Below, piece by piece: positions 27,541 to 36,745 of a stretch of 64,000 nucleotides of DNA. Positions within the stretch are counted from its first letter, which is position 1. Each line of letters starts with the position of its first letter. The translations under genes were made by a program, and so were the position numbers. The DNA comes from Candidatus Thorarchaeota archaeon (GTDB taxonomy: Archaea; Asgardarchaeota; Thorarchaeia; Thorarchaeales; Thorarchaeaceae), in contig JBHLQH010000001.1 in the NCBI GenBank assembly GCA_048884965.1, positions 160,001 to 224,000 on the forward strand, given 5' to 3'. The notes below the pieces were generated by a model, which saw nothing but the letters and a program-made list of their open reading frames with translations, was not told where the DNA came from and did no database searches.

Positions 27541-28812
27541 ATGCCAATGAAAGATATTCCATTTACCCTTCAGATAAAGGACCCCCTACATGGGTATCTT
27601 GGACTTACTCAGTTAGAACAGAAGATCGTGGATTTGCGACTATCTCAGAGATTGCGATACATCAGATCGCCAGCAGGAACACATCTGGTCTTTCCAGGAG
27701 TAGACACATCCCTAATGGGACGTATGCTAGGAGTCATGCATGTTACTCAGATATTTGTGGAATACCTCGGGGGAGAAATGGAAGAGGTCGAGAAGGCACG
27801 GCTCGCGACCATGATGTATTCGCTATCTTTTGGTCCGTGGGCGAATGTAATGGACGAGTATCTAACGACCCGTGGTCTTGATAGAAGAAAGATGGCGAGT
27901 CTTGTAGTACAATCAGGACCAGTTGCTGATATCCTGAAGGATAGTCGCTTTAGTGTAGCTGAAGTGCAGGATTTAGTTCTCAAAGGAGTTCCGATTAAGG
28001 GGATTAGAGTAGATCTTCTTACCACACCAATAAATCCAGAGCTAATCGATAATCTGGAACGGGACGCATATTTCGCAGGAGTTGAGTATGCACAATTAGA
28101 GTTCAGGCGGCTATTTGGTGCTACACGTATCGCGAAGAATAAGATAGCCTTCGAGCGTGGTGCATTGTTCACACTGGAATCCTACATGAGTGCAAACCTC
28201 AATATGTTTGATGCTGTCTACTATCACAAGACGGTCCGAGCTGCTGAACTAATGATCCTTAGAATCCTTGACGAAACGGGTTCACGTTTGATTCCGTATC
28301 CAGGTGATGACTTGGATGCCTTTCTGCTGAGTGATGATTTGACTTCTCATGACATCTTGCTTTCAGTTCAATCTGATGATCCTGAGGGAATGGTCAATGC
28401 CAATAGAATATTCGTTGATTATCGAAAACGGAATCTCATCAAAATGGCTAGCGCCAGGTCCATCTCCAATGATGCATTCTTGAAGAAGCTTAAGACTCCA
28501 GATGGTCTTTTTGCCGTAGAACAGGAAATTGCAGACGAAGTTGGCATTGATCCAAAGAATATCTACGTAGATTATCCTGATCGTCCATCAGTACCATACT
28601 ATCCTGGTAGACATAAAATGGATGATCTCGTTCTATTTGAGAGGGGGTCGTCTGGATATGAATTCTGGCCAGTAGATGAGATAAGCGAGCTGGCAAGAAG
28701 CTATAAGCGTAAGATGAAGACGATCAGAGTTTATACTACCAAGGGCTATCGACAGAAGGTCCGGAAAGTCGCAGATGACTTCCTTGAAAGCATAGACAAT
28801 CCTACACTATAA
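27541..28812 (+). CDS. SAMHD1/dNTPase-like HD-fold protein lacking the HD motif
   Basis: IKDPLHG, QRLRYI, LVFPG, LERDAY.AGV, VYYHKTVRAAE. Start moved to in-frame ATG 27541. Confidence 0.85.
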   Translation: MPMKDIPFTLQIKDPLHGYLGLTQLEQKIVDLRLSQRLRYIRSPAGTHLVFPGVDTSLMGRMLGVMHVTQIFVEYLGGEMEEVEKARLATMMYSLSFGPWANVMDEYLTTRGLDRRKMASLVVQSGPVADILKDSRFSVAEVQDLVLKGVPIKGIRVDLLTTPINPELIDNLERDAYFAGVEYAQLEFRRLFGATRIAKNKIAFERGALFTLESYMSANLNMFDAVYYHKTVRAAELMILRILDETGSRLIPYPGDDLDAFLLSDDLTSHDILLSVQSDDPEGMVNANRIFVDYRKRNLIKMASARSISNDAFLKKLKTPDGLFAVEQEIADEVGIDPKNIYVDYPDRPSVPYYPGRHKMDDLVLFERGSSGYEFWPVDEISELARSYKRKMKTIRVYTTKGYRQKVRKVADDFLESIDNPTL

Positions 28813-28821
28813 GGATTCTAG

Positions 28822-29352
28822 ATGCATCGTACATCCACACAATGTATATACAATCACTCCGATACAATTGGATTGGTGCAGAAATTGAGTATGGATACAA
28901 CTATAGGTGAGATGCAGAAGGACCCAAATTTTGGTCTAATCCTTCTTGGCGCACTACTATGGATTGCGGGATCATATATTCCCTTCATCGGTCCTTTTTT
29001 CCTGACCATTGGATTTGGCATTGTATGTACAGCTGCCGCTATCACTTCACTAACGCGGTCCTCTGAAAATGCTGTCTTTGGCCTGCTATTGGGAGGAATC
29101 ATTCAAGTCATTGGGTATTATCTCGCAGGAGTACTTCTCATTGGGCTGATTGCCCCTATTCCGATAGTATTGGGCGGAGTCTTAATCATCTATTTCGCAA
29201 TTCCGTTGGCTATTCAAACTGGAAGAGTTCCATTCATCGAAGAATTCCAAAAGAAAATCGATGCACAAAGACACAAAGATGAGAAAGTCGTTGATGCAGA
29301 TGTCGTCGAATCTGATGATGAAGACAGCTTTGATGATTCAGCAGCGAACTAG
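28822..29352 (+). CDS. Small 4-TM membrane protein with acidic tail
   Basis: Four hydrophobic segments and an acidic C-terminus. True start probably near 28876-28891. Confidence 0.75.
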   Translation: MHRTSTQCIYNHSDTIGLVQKLSMDTTIGEMQKDPNFGLILLGALLWIAGSYIPFIGPFFLTIGFGIVCTAAAITSLTRSSENAVFGLLLGGIIQVIGYYLAGVLLIGLIAPIPIVLGGVLIIYFAIPLAIQTGRVPFIEEFQKKIDAQRHKDEKVVDADVVESDDEDSFDDSAAN

Positions 29353-29423
29353 TCAAGCTAGACACACTCAGTCCATGAATGTTCATATGCTAAAGATGGT
29401 AATTCATACTAGATGCATTTTAG

Positions 29424-31709
29424 GTGATTCTCTTGTTCTCATGTAGCAAGTGCGGAAACGCCCTCTTCATACGTTCAGCTTATCTGAAAGACATGATATT
29501 GAGTCTGGATGTGCAATGCCTCAATGGACACAAGAGTGTTCGTAGAATTGCTGAGCATCAAGTTGAGGATGTTGCTCAAGAGCTATTCAGTCGTATGTAC
29601 AACTGCTTAGATTGCGGATACACCATGATGGTAGTTGGTTCTGAATCACATGGTGAGATTACAGAAAGTATTTTCCTGTGTCCGAATCATGGCCCTCAGT
29701 ATCGAGAATTTCCAAGCAAATATCTTGGGCACGTAAATCTTGCAGGAGCTGACCTTGATCCCTACATCGCGATCAGAAATTCATTTCGCTGCAAAGAATG
29801 TGGACTTGTGTATGCAGTAACTGATGTTGTAGAACGATCGGGAATACTTGAGCTTGCGACACGTTGTGCTAATGGGCATAGGGATACAAAATATCTTGCA
29901 CCTCAAATTGACGAAAGCATCTTGAAAAGAATACTACAACGTATCGTTCATTGTGATCGTTGTGGTCTTCCTGGACACATCTCGACAATAGAAGAGAGGA
30001 AGAAGGAAACTCGCTTGGTTGCTCTTTGCCCTACTCACGGTGAATCCAAGAAATCCATCCCCTCGAACATGCTGGCAATCGTACAAGCAGCAGTAGCTGA
30101 GATCCCTGACGATGCTGTCGTGCGTTCAATGTTGACTACCTCCAAATGTCATAGACCTCTGGTAATTCGAGAAATCGAAGAGACCTATTCCGGATACAAA
30201 TTCAAAACTATATGTCCTGGTAGAGGAAGCACTGGGGACTTTGTAATTCCTGTGAATTGGAATGAAAGAAACAATGAACTTGTTTCACAGTCCGTTCTTA
30301 CGTGCTCAGAATGTGGACTACAGACCCATATCCTTGAAGGAAGAAAAAAGAAGACCAGCATTGAATTCAAAGTCGTCTGTCCTATTCATGGAGTTATGCT
30401 CCGAGAGACCCCTCATGATATATTTGAGATTATCAGGAACACGTCAGCAGAATTCGATAGAATGCCATCACTGATTAGAAGCCTTGGATGCCAGGAATGT
30501 GGACTTCCCCTCACATTGCGTGATGTTGAACAGAAACGGAATCTCGTAGAATTCGACATGGATTGCAGAAATGGGCATCGCACAAAACGATTCTACGTAC
30601 CTAATATGGATCAAGATTCTCTGATTGGTCTTTACAAGAATCTCTACAAATGTCCCGAGTGCTACGATCCTGTTGATTTGGTTTACACAAAACCCGAAGG
30701 GAGAGAAACTCGGGTTGTGCTCCTTTGTCCTCTCCACGGCAAGCAAGTTCTAGATGTACCTGATAATCATGCGAATGCAATGAACCTTGCTTATGCTGAG
30801 ATCAAAGAAGATCGGATGAAACCTCGAATCGAAGCTATTCAGGAGGACCCTGCAGTTGAGCTTGAGGCTCGAACAGAATCGTCTGATATTCCACTGAAAC
30901 AAGTGGATGTTCTACGAGGGTGCGAAATTATTGGTGGTAAATTCGACTTCAAGGTAAAAGTAGCTAATAATACGGACTTCGTGATTACAAATGTGACAGT
31001 CAGTATAGTTGCATTTCCGCAGGATTGCATGGAAATCGGCGGCGAGAATGCCAAGACCATATCTCGAATTGAGGTAGGTGGGTTCAGAAGCCCCTCATTC
31101 ACTTTCTATCCTACGAAGGATTGTGTGCAAGGGAAAGTCGTGGCGACTGTTTCATATATTGATTTCAGGGATCAACTTCATACAATCCAGGTCGAGCCCT
31201 ATCTTATCAGATCTGTGTGCGACCTGCTCAAACCATCAAAAGCCACATCGCAACAATTTGATTTGATTTTGACGAGTCTCACAAAGGCTGGAGAAGAGCA
31301 AACCCTAGAGTGGAATCCAAAGATTCTCTTCACCAAGGCTGAGAAACTCCTTCCAGCTAAAAACTTCCATATAATTGATACTGATGAGAAGATCATCTCA
31401 GGTCAGTTCATAGGAACGATTCGCGGATATGCAGAAGGAAAATACACCGGAAAGAAAGTCGCTGTTGTTTTTCTTATTTCAGGTCCTGAGAATGGCCGCA
31501 ATTCAGCTGTCAAAGTCGAGGCACTTGGTGAGGATATCGCCATGCTTCCGACAACAATAGATGAACTGGCAGAAACGATGGATTCATGGATTTGTCTTCG
31601 ATGCGGTGCGCCGTTGGATACTGAGCAGGTTGATGAACTTGGTAAAAGGCAACCTATCAGATGCAGATACTGTTCACATACATTGACCATGGGGCTCTAT
31701 TTGATGTGA
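29424..31709 (+). CDS. Multi-Cys3His repeat protein with adaptin-appendage-like domain and C-terminal Zn ribbon
   Basis: Eight CxxC-x~21-C(xNGH|PxHG) units, then a beta-sandwich plus platform-like region, then CLRC...CRYC. Confidence 0.8.
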   Translation: MILLFSCSKCGNALFIRSAYLKDMILSLDVQCLNGHKSVRRIAEHQVEDVAQELFSRMYNCLDCGYTMMVVGSESHGEITESIFLCPNHGPQYREFPSKYLGHVNLAGADLDPYIAIRNSFRCKECGLVYAVTDVVERSGILELATRCANGHRDTKYLAPQIDESILKRILQRIVHCDRCGLPGHISTIEERKKETRLVALCPTHGESKKSIPSNMLAIVQAAVAEIPDDAVVRSMLTTSKCHRPLVIREIEETYSGYKFKTICPGRGSTGDFVIPVNWNERNNELVSQSVLTCSECGLQTHILEGRKKKTSIEFKVVCPIHGVMLRETPHDIFEIIRNTSAEFDRMPSLIRSLGCQECGLPLTLRDVEQKRNLVEFDMDCRNGHRTKRFYVPNMDQDSLIGLYKNLYKCPECYDPVDLVYTKPEGRETRVVLLCPLHGKQVLDVPDNHANAMNLAYAEIKEDRMKPRIEAIQEDPAVELEARTESSDIPLKQVDVLRGCEIIGGKFDFKVKVANNTDFVITNVTVSIVAFPQDCMEIGGENAKTISRIEVGGFRSPSFTFYPTKDCVQGKVVATVSYIDFRDQLHTIQVEPYLIRSVCDLLKPSKATSQQFDLILTSLTKAGEEQTLEWNPKILFTKAEKLLPAKNFHIIDTDEKIISGQFIGTIRGYAEGKYTGKKVAVVFLISGPENGRNSAVKVEALGEDIAMLPTTIDELAETMDSWICLRCGAPLDTEQVDELGKRQPIRCRYCSHTLTMGLYLM

Positions 31710-31711
31710 TG

Positions 31712-32281
31712 TCAATTTTCACCAGTCCATTCGATTCGAGGCTTGTCCTTTGCGTGGAGATGTGTTAACAATCGGTCTACCAAAGCATCAAGCAACTCAT
31801 CAATAGTCTGTGGCTTATGCCAGAACGCTGGGGACGCAGGAAAGATGGTTGCTCCTGCGGCTGCTACCAATTCCATGTTCTTGATGTGAATGAGATTCAT
31901 TGGTGTTTCTCGGACAAGGAGAACTAAGGGTCGCTTCTCCTTCAGGCTACAATCTGCTGCACGTGCGATAAGGTTGTCTGCATAACCATGAGCGATTCCT
32001 GCAAGTGTCTTCATAGAACATGGTGCGATGATCATGGAATCCAAATGAAAACTACCACTAGCAGGTCCTGCTGTTAGATCATCCTCTTCGTACGATATAT
32101 CAACATCTCTAGCGATTTGGTCAATACTCAATCCTGTTTCATGTTGTAGGGTCTTCTCTCCCCATCTACTGACAATCAGATGGATCTCATGTCCTAATTC
32201 CTTCAGGGCACGAATCACTTTCACACCATAGATGGCACCACTTGCACCTGTGAGAGCAACAAGTATTCGTTTTCTTTCCAT
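31712..32281 (-). CDS. ubiX: Flavin prenyltransferase UbiX
   Basis: TGASGAIYG, ASGS, PCSMKTLA, RAAD..LKE, RETP. Confidence 0.96.
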   Translation of the reverse strand: MERKRILVALTGASGAIYGVKVIRALKELGHEIHLIVSRWGEKTLQHETGLSIDQIARDVDISYEEDDLTAGPASGSFHLDSMIIAPCSMKTLAGIAHGYADNLIARAADCSLKEKRPLVLLVRETPMNLIHIKNMELVAAAGATIFPASPAFWHKPQTIDELLDALVDRLLTHLHAKDKPRIEWTGEN

Positions 32282-32357
32282 TTGGTTCCACTCTATCTGT
32301 ATCCTTTCTTCTCGTGTCCTTTAGTTATTTTCTTTCCGGAATATCTCTAATTATCCA

Positions 32358-34205
32358 TCAAGCGAGAAAACTCAGGATGAGTGACAGTAGAAACGCCATT
32401 CCACCAGAAGCAATCCCAATCCGTTTAGCTATTTTTGCTGCTTCTGCTACATCTTGAGTCAGTGTGTCAAATCCCTTTGTTCCGAAGGTTCTGATTCCTT
32501 TTGCCTCTCCGAAGACAAGACCTACATCCACTTGACTCATCTTTCCCATAGCCAAAGCTGCCGCCTCAAGTATCGCCTCTAATACCTCATCAGGCTTATT
32601 TTGACCAACAGGTGGATATCCTTTGCTTGAAAGGGAGATTGCGTTAACCAAATGAGTGTCAGTCGTGGTTACTTCAGCGGCATCAAACCCTTTCTTCAGG
32701 AGCGCCTCTTGAACACGTTCTCTATATCCTGGTTCAACATTATTGCCATCGACAGAGACGATGACACTGGTTCTTCCTGCAACTTGCAGAACAACGGCAG
32801 TGACTCCTCCGGGCCCCATACCTTCTTTTGAAGAGATAAAAGTAGGCACTATTTGATGGATTCCGATTGAGAGCCTTCCTCTTGCAGCCGTTTGATTCTC
32901 AAGAATGGCATCTCTTACTGCCTCGATATATTCCCTCTCTTCTGTGTCCCCTGGCATAACGGAGACTGCATCATGATCTATGCAGTTGTGGGCATCTGAA
33001 AGCGCAACATACCGAATTCCGGATGCACTCTGTCTGGCAGCATCAGCCGCTGATTCACCTATCTCCAGAGCAATATCATCTGTGAACTCAGGTGCACTCG
33101 TTGTAATTGCCAATGCGTCATCTCCAGTGTAGAAAGTCCAGACTTTGAATTTGCCATGATCCGTCCAGTGAAGTCCCGATGCTGTTGAATGCACTTCCGC
33201 ACTCTCTATCAATCTATCAAGCTCGTCAAAGACTATTTGGTAATCTATCTTGTTCGTTAGGTTTTGGTGATGGGTACAAGTTCCGTGCAGTACAAAGGCT
33301 TGAACACCATGTCTTTCCTTGATATGTTGGATCACTCTCGATGGTAGTCCACTGCTTCCGATATCTCTGAATGGGCCAGGATGCACATAGAGAATCACGC
33401 CAACTGAAACAAGCTGCTTTCCTGATTTGAATACTAGAAGCTCCATTGGAACATCTTGGATAACGCTAATTTGGGTTAGTAGGGTTTCCAGTGGCTCCGG
33501 ATTCTCTGCAAGATAGTCGTATCCAAATGCACGAAGGAGCTCGGGTCCATTGATTCCTAAATCACGTTCAAATGGCACACTAACGGATCGGAAGATATAG
33601 TGGACCGCAATTGAACCTATCAATAAAATGAGTGTTACCGCGATATACCAAAATTGTGGGAGAATAGGGAGCATGGAGGTGAATGACGAAAGACCATATA
33701 GCAACATGATCCAAGTAATTGCAGGCATCATTGCCGCAATGAAATTCCTGATGGGATGATGGTCACTCAATCCTGTAACGAGGAATGAGAATGCTAGATA
33801 TCCCAGGCCCATTCCCCAAATCCACATATTGATTTCTATCTGTGTTTGAGCGATCAAATCAATTAAGCCGCCCAAGGTACCAATAAAGTACCAGAATATT
33901 ATCCCAAATTGAGCTGCCCCTAAGGCTCTTCTAGCATCTAGCGGCGAGCCCTGCTTTCGCACAAATAAGTAGAGTAGACTTGAGCCCACGAATGCTGCTG
34001 AGAAGAGCAGGACTCCATAATAGAAGAATGCTTCAAGTCCGGATACCAGACTAATTTGCACTGCCCGAAAGAGAGCGAACAATCCTGAAGATACAAGAGC
34101 CATTGCGATGGTTCTGACTATGATTCCCCTATAGGTAGGTAGTTGCCAGACTTTCGAGTAGAGTCGGACTGTTTCTTTTACCTTCGCTTGTTCACCCATT
34201 GCCAA
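32358..34205 (-). CDS. DUF2070 family membrane protein
   Basis: N-terminal TM block; VHPGPFRDIGSS.LP, DAHN, DGNN, TTDTH.VN motifs. Confidence 0.88.
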   Translation of the reverse strand: MAMGEQAKVKETVRLYSKVWQLPTYRGIIVRTIAMALVSSGLFALFRAVQISLVSGLEAFFYYGVLLFSAAFVGSSLLYLFVRKQGSPLDARRALGAAQFGIIFWYFIGTLGGLIDLIAQTQIEINMWIWGMGLGYLAFSFLVTGLSDHHPIRNFIAAMMPAITWIMLLYGLSSFTSMLPILPQFWYIAVTLILLIGSIAVHYIFRSVSVPFERDLGINGPELLRAFGYDYLAENPEPLETLLTQISVIQDVPMELLVFKSGKQLVSVGVILYVHPGPFRDIGSSGLPSRVIQHIKERHGVQAFVLHGTCTHHQNLTNKIDYQIVFDELDRLIESAEVHSTASGLHWTDHGKFKVWTFYTGDDALAITTSAPEFTDDIALEIGESAADAARQSASGIRYVALSDAHNCIDHDAVSVMPGDTEEREYIEAVRDAILENQTAARGRLSIGIHQIVPTFISSKEGMGPGGVTAVVLQVAGRTSVIVSVDGNNVEPGYRERVQEALLKKGFDAAEVTTTDTHLVNAISLSSKGYPPVGQNKPDEVLEAILEAAALAMGKMSQVDVGLVFGEAKGIRTFGTKGFDTLTQDVAEAAKIAKRIGIASGGMAFLLSLILSFLA

Positions 34206-34297
34206 CCCTCTTAGAATGACTCAGTGCCAGAACTCATTCTTATCAAACTTACCATAGGTTAACATCAGGTCCAAAAAGGCACAAAACATTATCTTTA

Positions 34298-34324
34298 TAT
34301 CGCATTCGATAATCGCATTCGATA
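34298..34324. promoter_or_regulatory. Tandem palindromic operator upstream of PadR gene
   Basis: ATCGCATTCGATA occurs twice back to back (34299-34311, 34312-34324); each copy is ATCG-N4-CGAT, immediately after TTTATA. Confidence 0.7.
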
Positions 34325-34342
34325 ATAACTCTGTGAGTTGAT

Positions 34343-34891
34343 TTGATGCCAAAGGATAGTTCCAGCACACAGGAAAGCTGTGAGAGCGTTAGAATGCCTC
34401 ACTCGATGCCTCGTGGATTCCTTCGTTTAGTGATTCTACGACTATTGAAGAATCGGGAGATGTCTGGAACTGATATCATGAATATACTTGACGAGAGGAC
34501 TGAAGGTCGCTGGCAACCAAGTCCGGGTTCGATGTACCCAATGCTTTCCTCATTGGAGGCGACAGGTTCTATCGAAGTCGTTCGGACTGAGGGACGAAGC
34601 AAGATCTACAAAATATCTGAGGCTGGACTTGAACAGCTTAGAGCTACGTTCAAGAATAAGGGTGACCTCGGAGAGAAAGCAAGTATGGGCCCTCGGTTAT
34701 GGGAGAAACTCTTGGAACCTGTTGATAGAGCACGTTTCAATGCGACTGTAATCGGGCATCACTTTGAATCGTTGAGTGAGGTCATTGAGCAACTCACTGA
34801 TATCCAAAAGCAGAAACTACTGCAACATTTAGAATTACATAAGGAGCAACTTGGAAAGCTCATTGATTTATTGAAGAAGGATGTGCAATAA
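34343..34891 (+). CDS. PadR-family transcriptional regulator
   Basis: PRGFLRLVIL.LL, W.PSPGSMYPML..LE, K.Y.ISE.G. Confidence 0.92.
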   Translation: MMPKDSSSTQESCESVRMPHSMPRGFLRLVILRLLKNREMSGTDIMNILDERTEGRWQPSPGSMYPMLSSLEATGSIEVVRTEGRSKIYKISEAGLEQLRATFKNKGDLGEKASMGPRLWEKLLEPVDRARFNATVIGHHFESLSEVIEQLTDIQKQKLLQHLELHKEQLGKLIDLLKKDVQ

Positions 34892-36745
34892 ATGACTACG
34901 ACTGATGATTGCAAAGAGGAACGCAAGTGCAGTCCTACAAGCTACATGCTCGGAGGACTTCGAAAGCATCCGTTATCAATTTCATTCGCAACTTTTCTGA
35001 CAATCGTTTCAACACTTTTAGTGACAATTCCAACTCTGATAGTTGGTTGGGCTGTTGATGAACTCGAAATTGGTGGCATGAGTATGCAGTTCGTCATCTA
35101 TGTGTGGTGGATAATCGCTCTTGCTTTGGTCTACATGGGTCTCTACTTTGTAGTGGGATATGTCTGGGCGGTAGTAACATTGCAATGGGAAAGAGATGCC
35201 CGTCAAGACTTCTTTGAGGCATTGCAGGATTATAGTATGACCTTCCACGACGAAGTAGATAGCAAACGCCTCCTATCGGTAGCGATGCAGGATATCAATT
35301 GGGTTCGGATGTCAATTAACCCTGCTTTCAGGAATATTCTAGGCGCGTTTACCTCCATAGCGATTACAGTAATCTTTCTGGCAGCCATTGATCAGACTCC
35401 CGGACTTATAGTATTCTTCGTTATCCCGATATTTAATCTGAAAGTCGGGGTATTCACATTGATTCTTCTCATCGGAATCCCTCTCTATCTGGCATTTGCC
35501 TATCGATACGCAAATGCTGTTGAACCTGTCCGAAGACAACGTTCTGAAGATATCGAAACCCTCACATCCATATCTCAAGGAGTATTCAGAGGCATAGAGG
35601 TTGTCAGAGCATTCGGTGCGGAAAAGCGAGAAGAACAGAAGTTCACTGATGCAAGCAAGGAATATCAGAAGATGGTCGCTAAAGAAGGCAAACTCGCGGC
35701 ATTCTATATTCCCGCCTTAGTGCTTACAGCTATGACCACAGGAGCATTCTTTTACAGTGGATTTGCAACTTGGACATTGGTAATCTCTACAGGTACTATG
35801 ATTCAGATTCTAGGACTCTTGTCCGCTTTAGAAGGTATGAATTTCTTCCTTCCACGAATGCTATTAATGCTCAGAGGTGGATATGTCAATGCTGCTCGTA
35901 TAGTAGACATTCTAACTTGGAGGGATCCCATGGTTGAACCTGACACAGAGATTGGAGATGTCAACTGGTTGGGTGCCATATCATTTCAAGATGTTAGTTT
36001 CTCCTACACCAATAACGGAGAAACGAATCATTATGCTCTGAAAGATTTCAGTATTGACATCCCTGGTGGTTCCCGAGTTGCTTTGATAGGAGGTCCTGGT
36101 GGAGGGAAGTCCACTTTCTTGAAGTTGCTGCTTAGGTTATATGATCCGACTAGCGGATCCATCAGAGTTGGAAAGGTGAATCTACGAGACATTACTACCA
36201 AAACAGTTCGTGACAATGTTGGACTTGTAGAGCAAGATATCTTCCTATTCAGGATGAGTATTCATGATAATATTGCATTTGGCCGAACGGATGCGACTCG
36301 TGAAGAGGTCATCGAGGCGGCAAAACGAGCACAAGCTCATGAGTTTATAATCGAGCTTGAAGATGGCTATGATAGTATCATCGGGGAACGTGGTATGACT
36401 TTGAGTGGAGGCCAACGCCAAAGGTTAGCGATTGCGCGAGCACTCATCCAAGATCCCAAAATCCTGCTTCTCGATGACTCAGTTAGTGCAGTAGATGCAC
36501 AAACCGAATTCCTAATGCGAAAAGCGCTGGATGAAGTTATGGTGGGACGTACTAGCATAACGGTTACGCAGCGATTACGGACTCTTATTGAGTCTGATCT
36601 TGTTATCATCTTGGATAAGGGTCAGCTAGTTGCTGCAGGTTGTCATAAAGATCTACTACGCGACTCTGAGCACTATCGTCGTATCTTTGAGCGTCTTCCT
36701 GGGGCGCATGCACTACTTGCAAGTGTATCTGGAGGTGGCCAATAA
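34892..36745 (+). CDS. ABC exporter TMD-NBD half-transporter carrying the degenerate-site motifs
   Basis: Walker A GPGGGGKST, LSGGQ, Walker B LLLDD (no catalytic Glu), switch VTQR (Gln for His). Confidence 0.92.
   Translation: MTTTDDCKEERKCSPTSYMLGGLRKHPLSISFATFLTIVSTLLVTIPTLIVGWAVDELEIGGMSMQFVIYVWWIIALALVYMGLYFVVGYVWAVVTLQWERDARQDFFEALQDYSMTFHDEVDSKRLLSVAMQDINWVRMSINPAFRNILGAFTSIAITVIFLAAIDQTPGLIVFFVIPIFNLKVGVFTLILLIGIPLYLAFAYRYANAVEPVRRQRSEDIETLTSISQGVFRGIEVVRAFGAEKREEQKFTDASKEYQKMVAKEGKLAAFYIPALVLTAMTTGAFFYSGFATWTLVISTGTMIQILGLLSALEGMNFFLPRMLLMLRGGYVNAARIVDILTWRDPMVEPDTEIGDVNWLGAISFQDVSFSYTNNGETNHYALKDFSIDIPGGSRVALIGGPGGGKSTFLKLLLRLYDPTSGSIRVGKVNLRDITTKTVRDNVGLVEQDIFLFRMSIHDNIAFGRTDATREEVIEAAKRAQAHEFIIELEDGYDSIIGERGMTLSGGQRQRLAIARALIQDPKILLLDDSVSAVDAQTEFLMRKALDEVMVGRTSITVTQRLRTLIESDLVIILDKGQLVAAGCHKDLLRDSEHYRRIFERLPGAHALLASVSGGGQ

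Noticed and set aside
34892-36745. Non-canonical Walker B/switch residues as a sign of pseudogenisation
   Set aside because: This is the normal degenerate site of heterodimeric ABC exporters (TM287/288 type).
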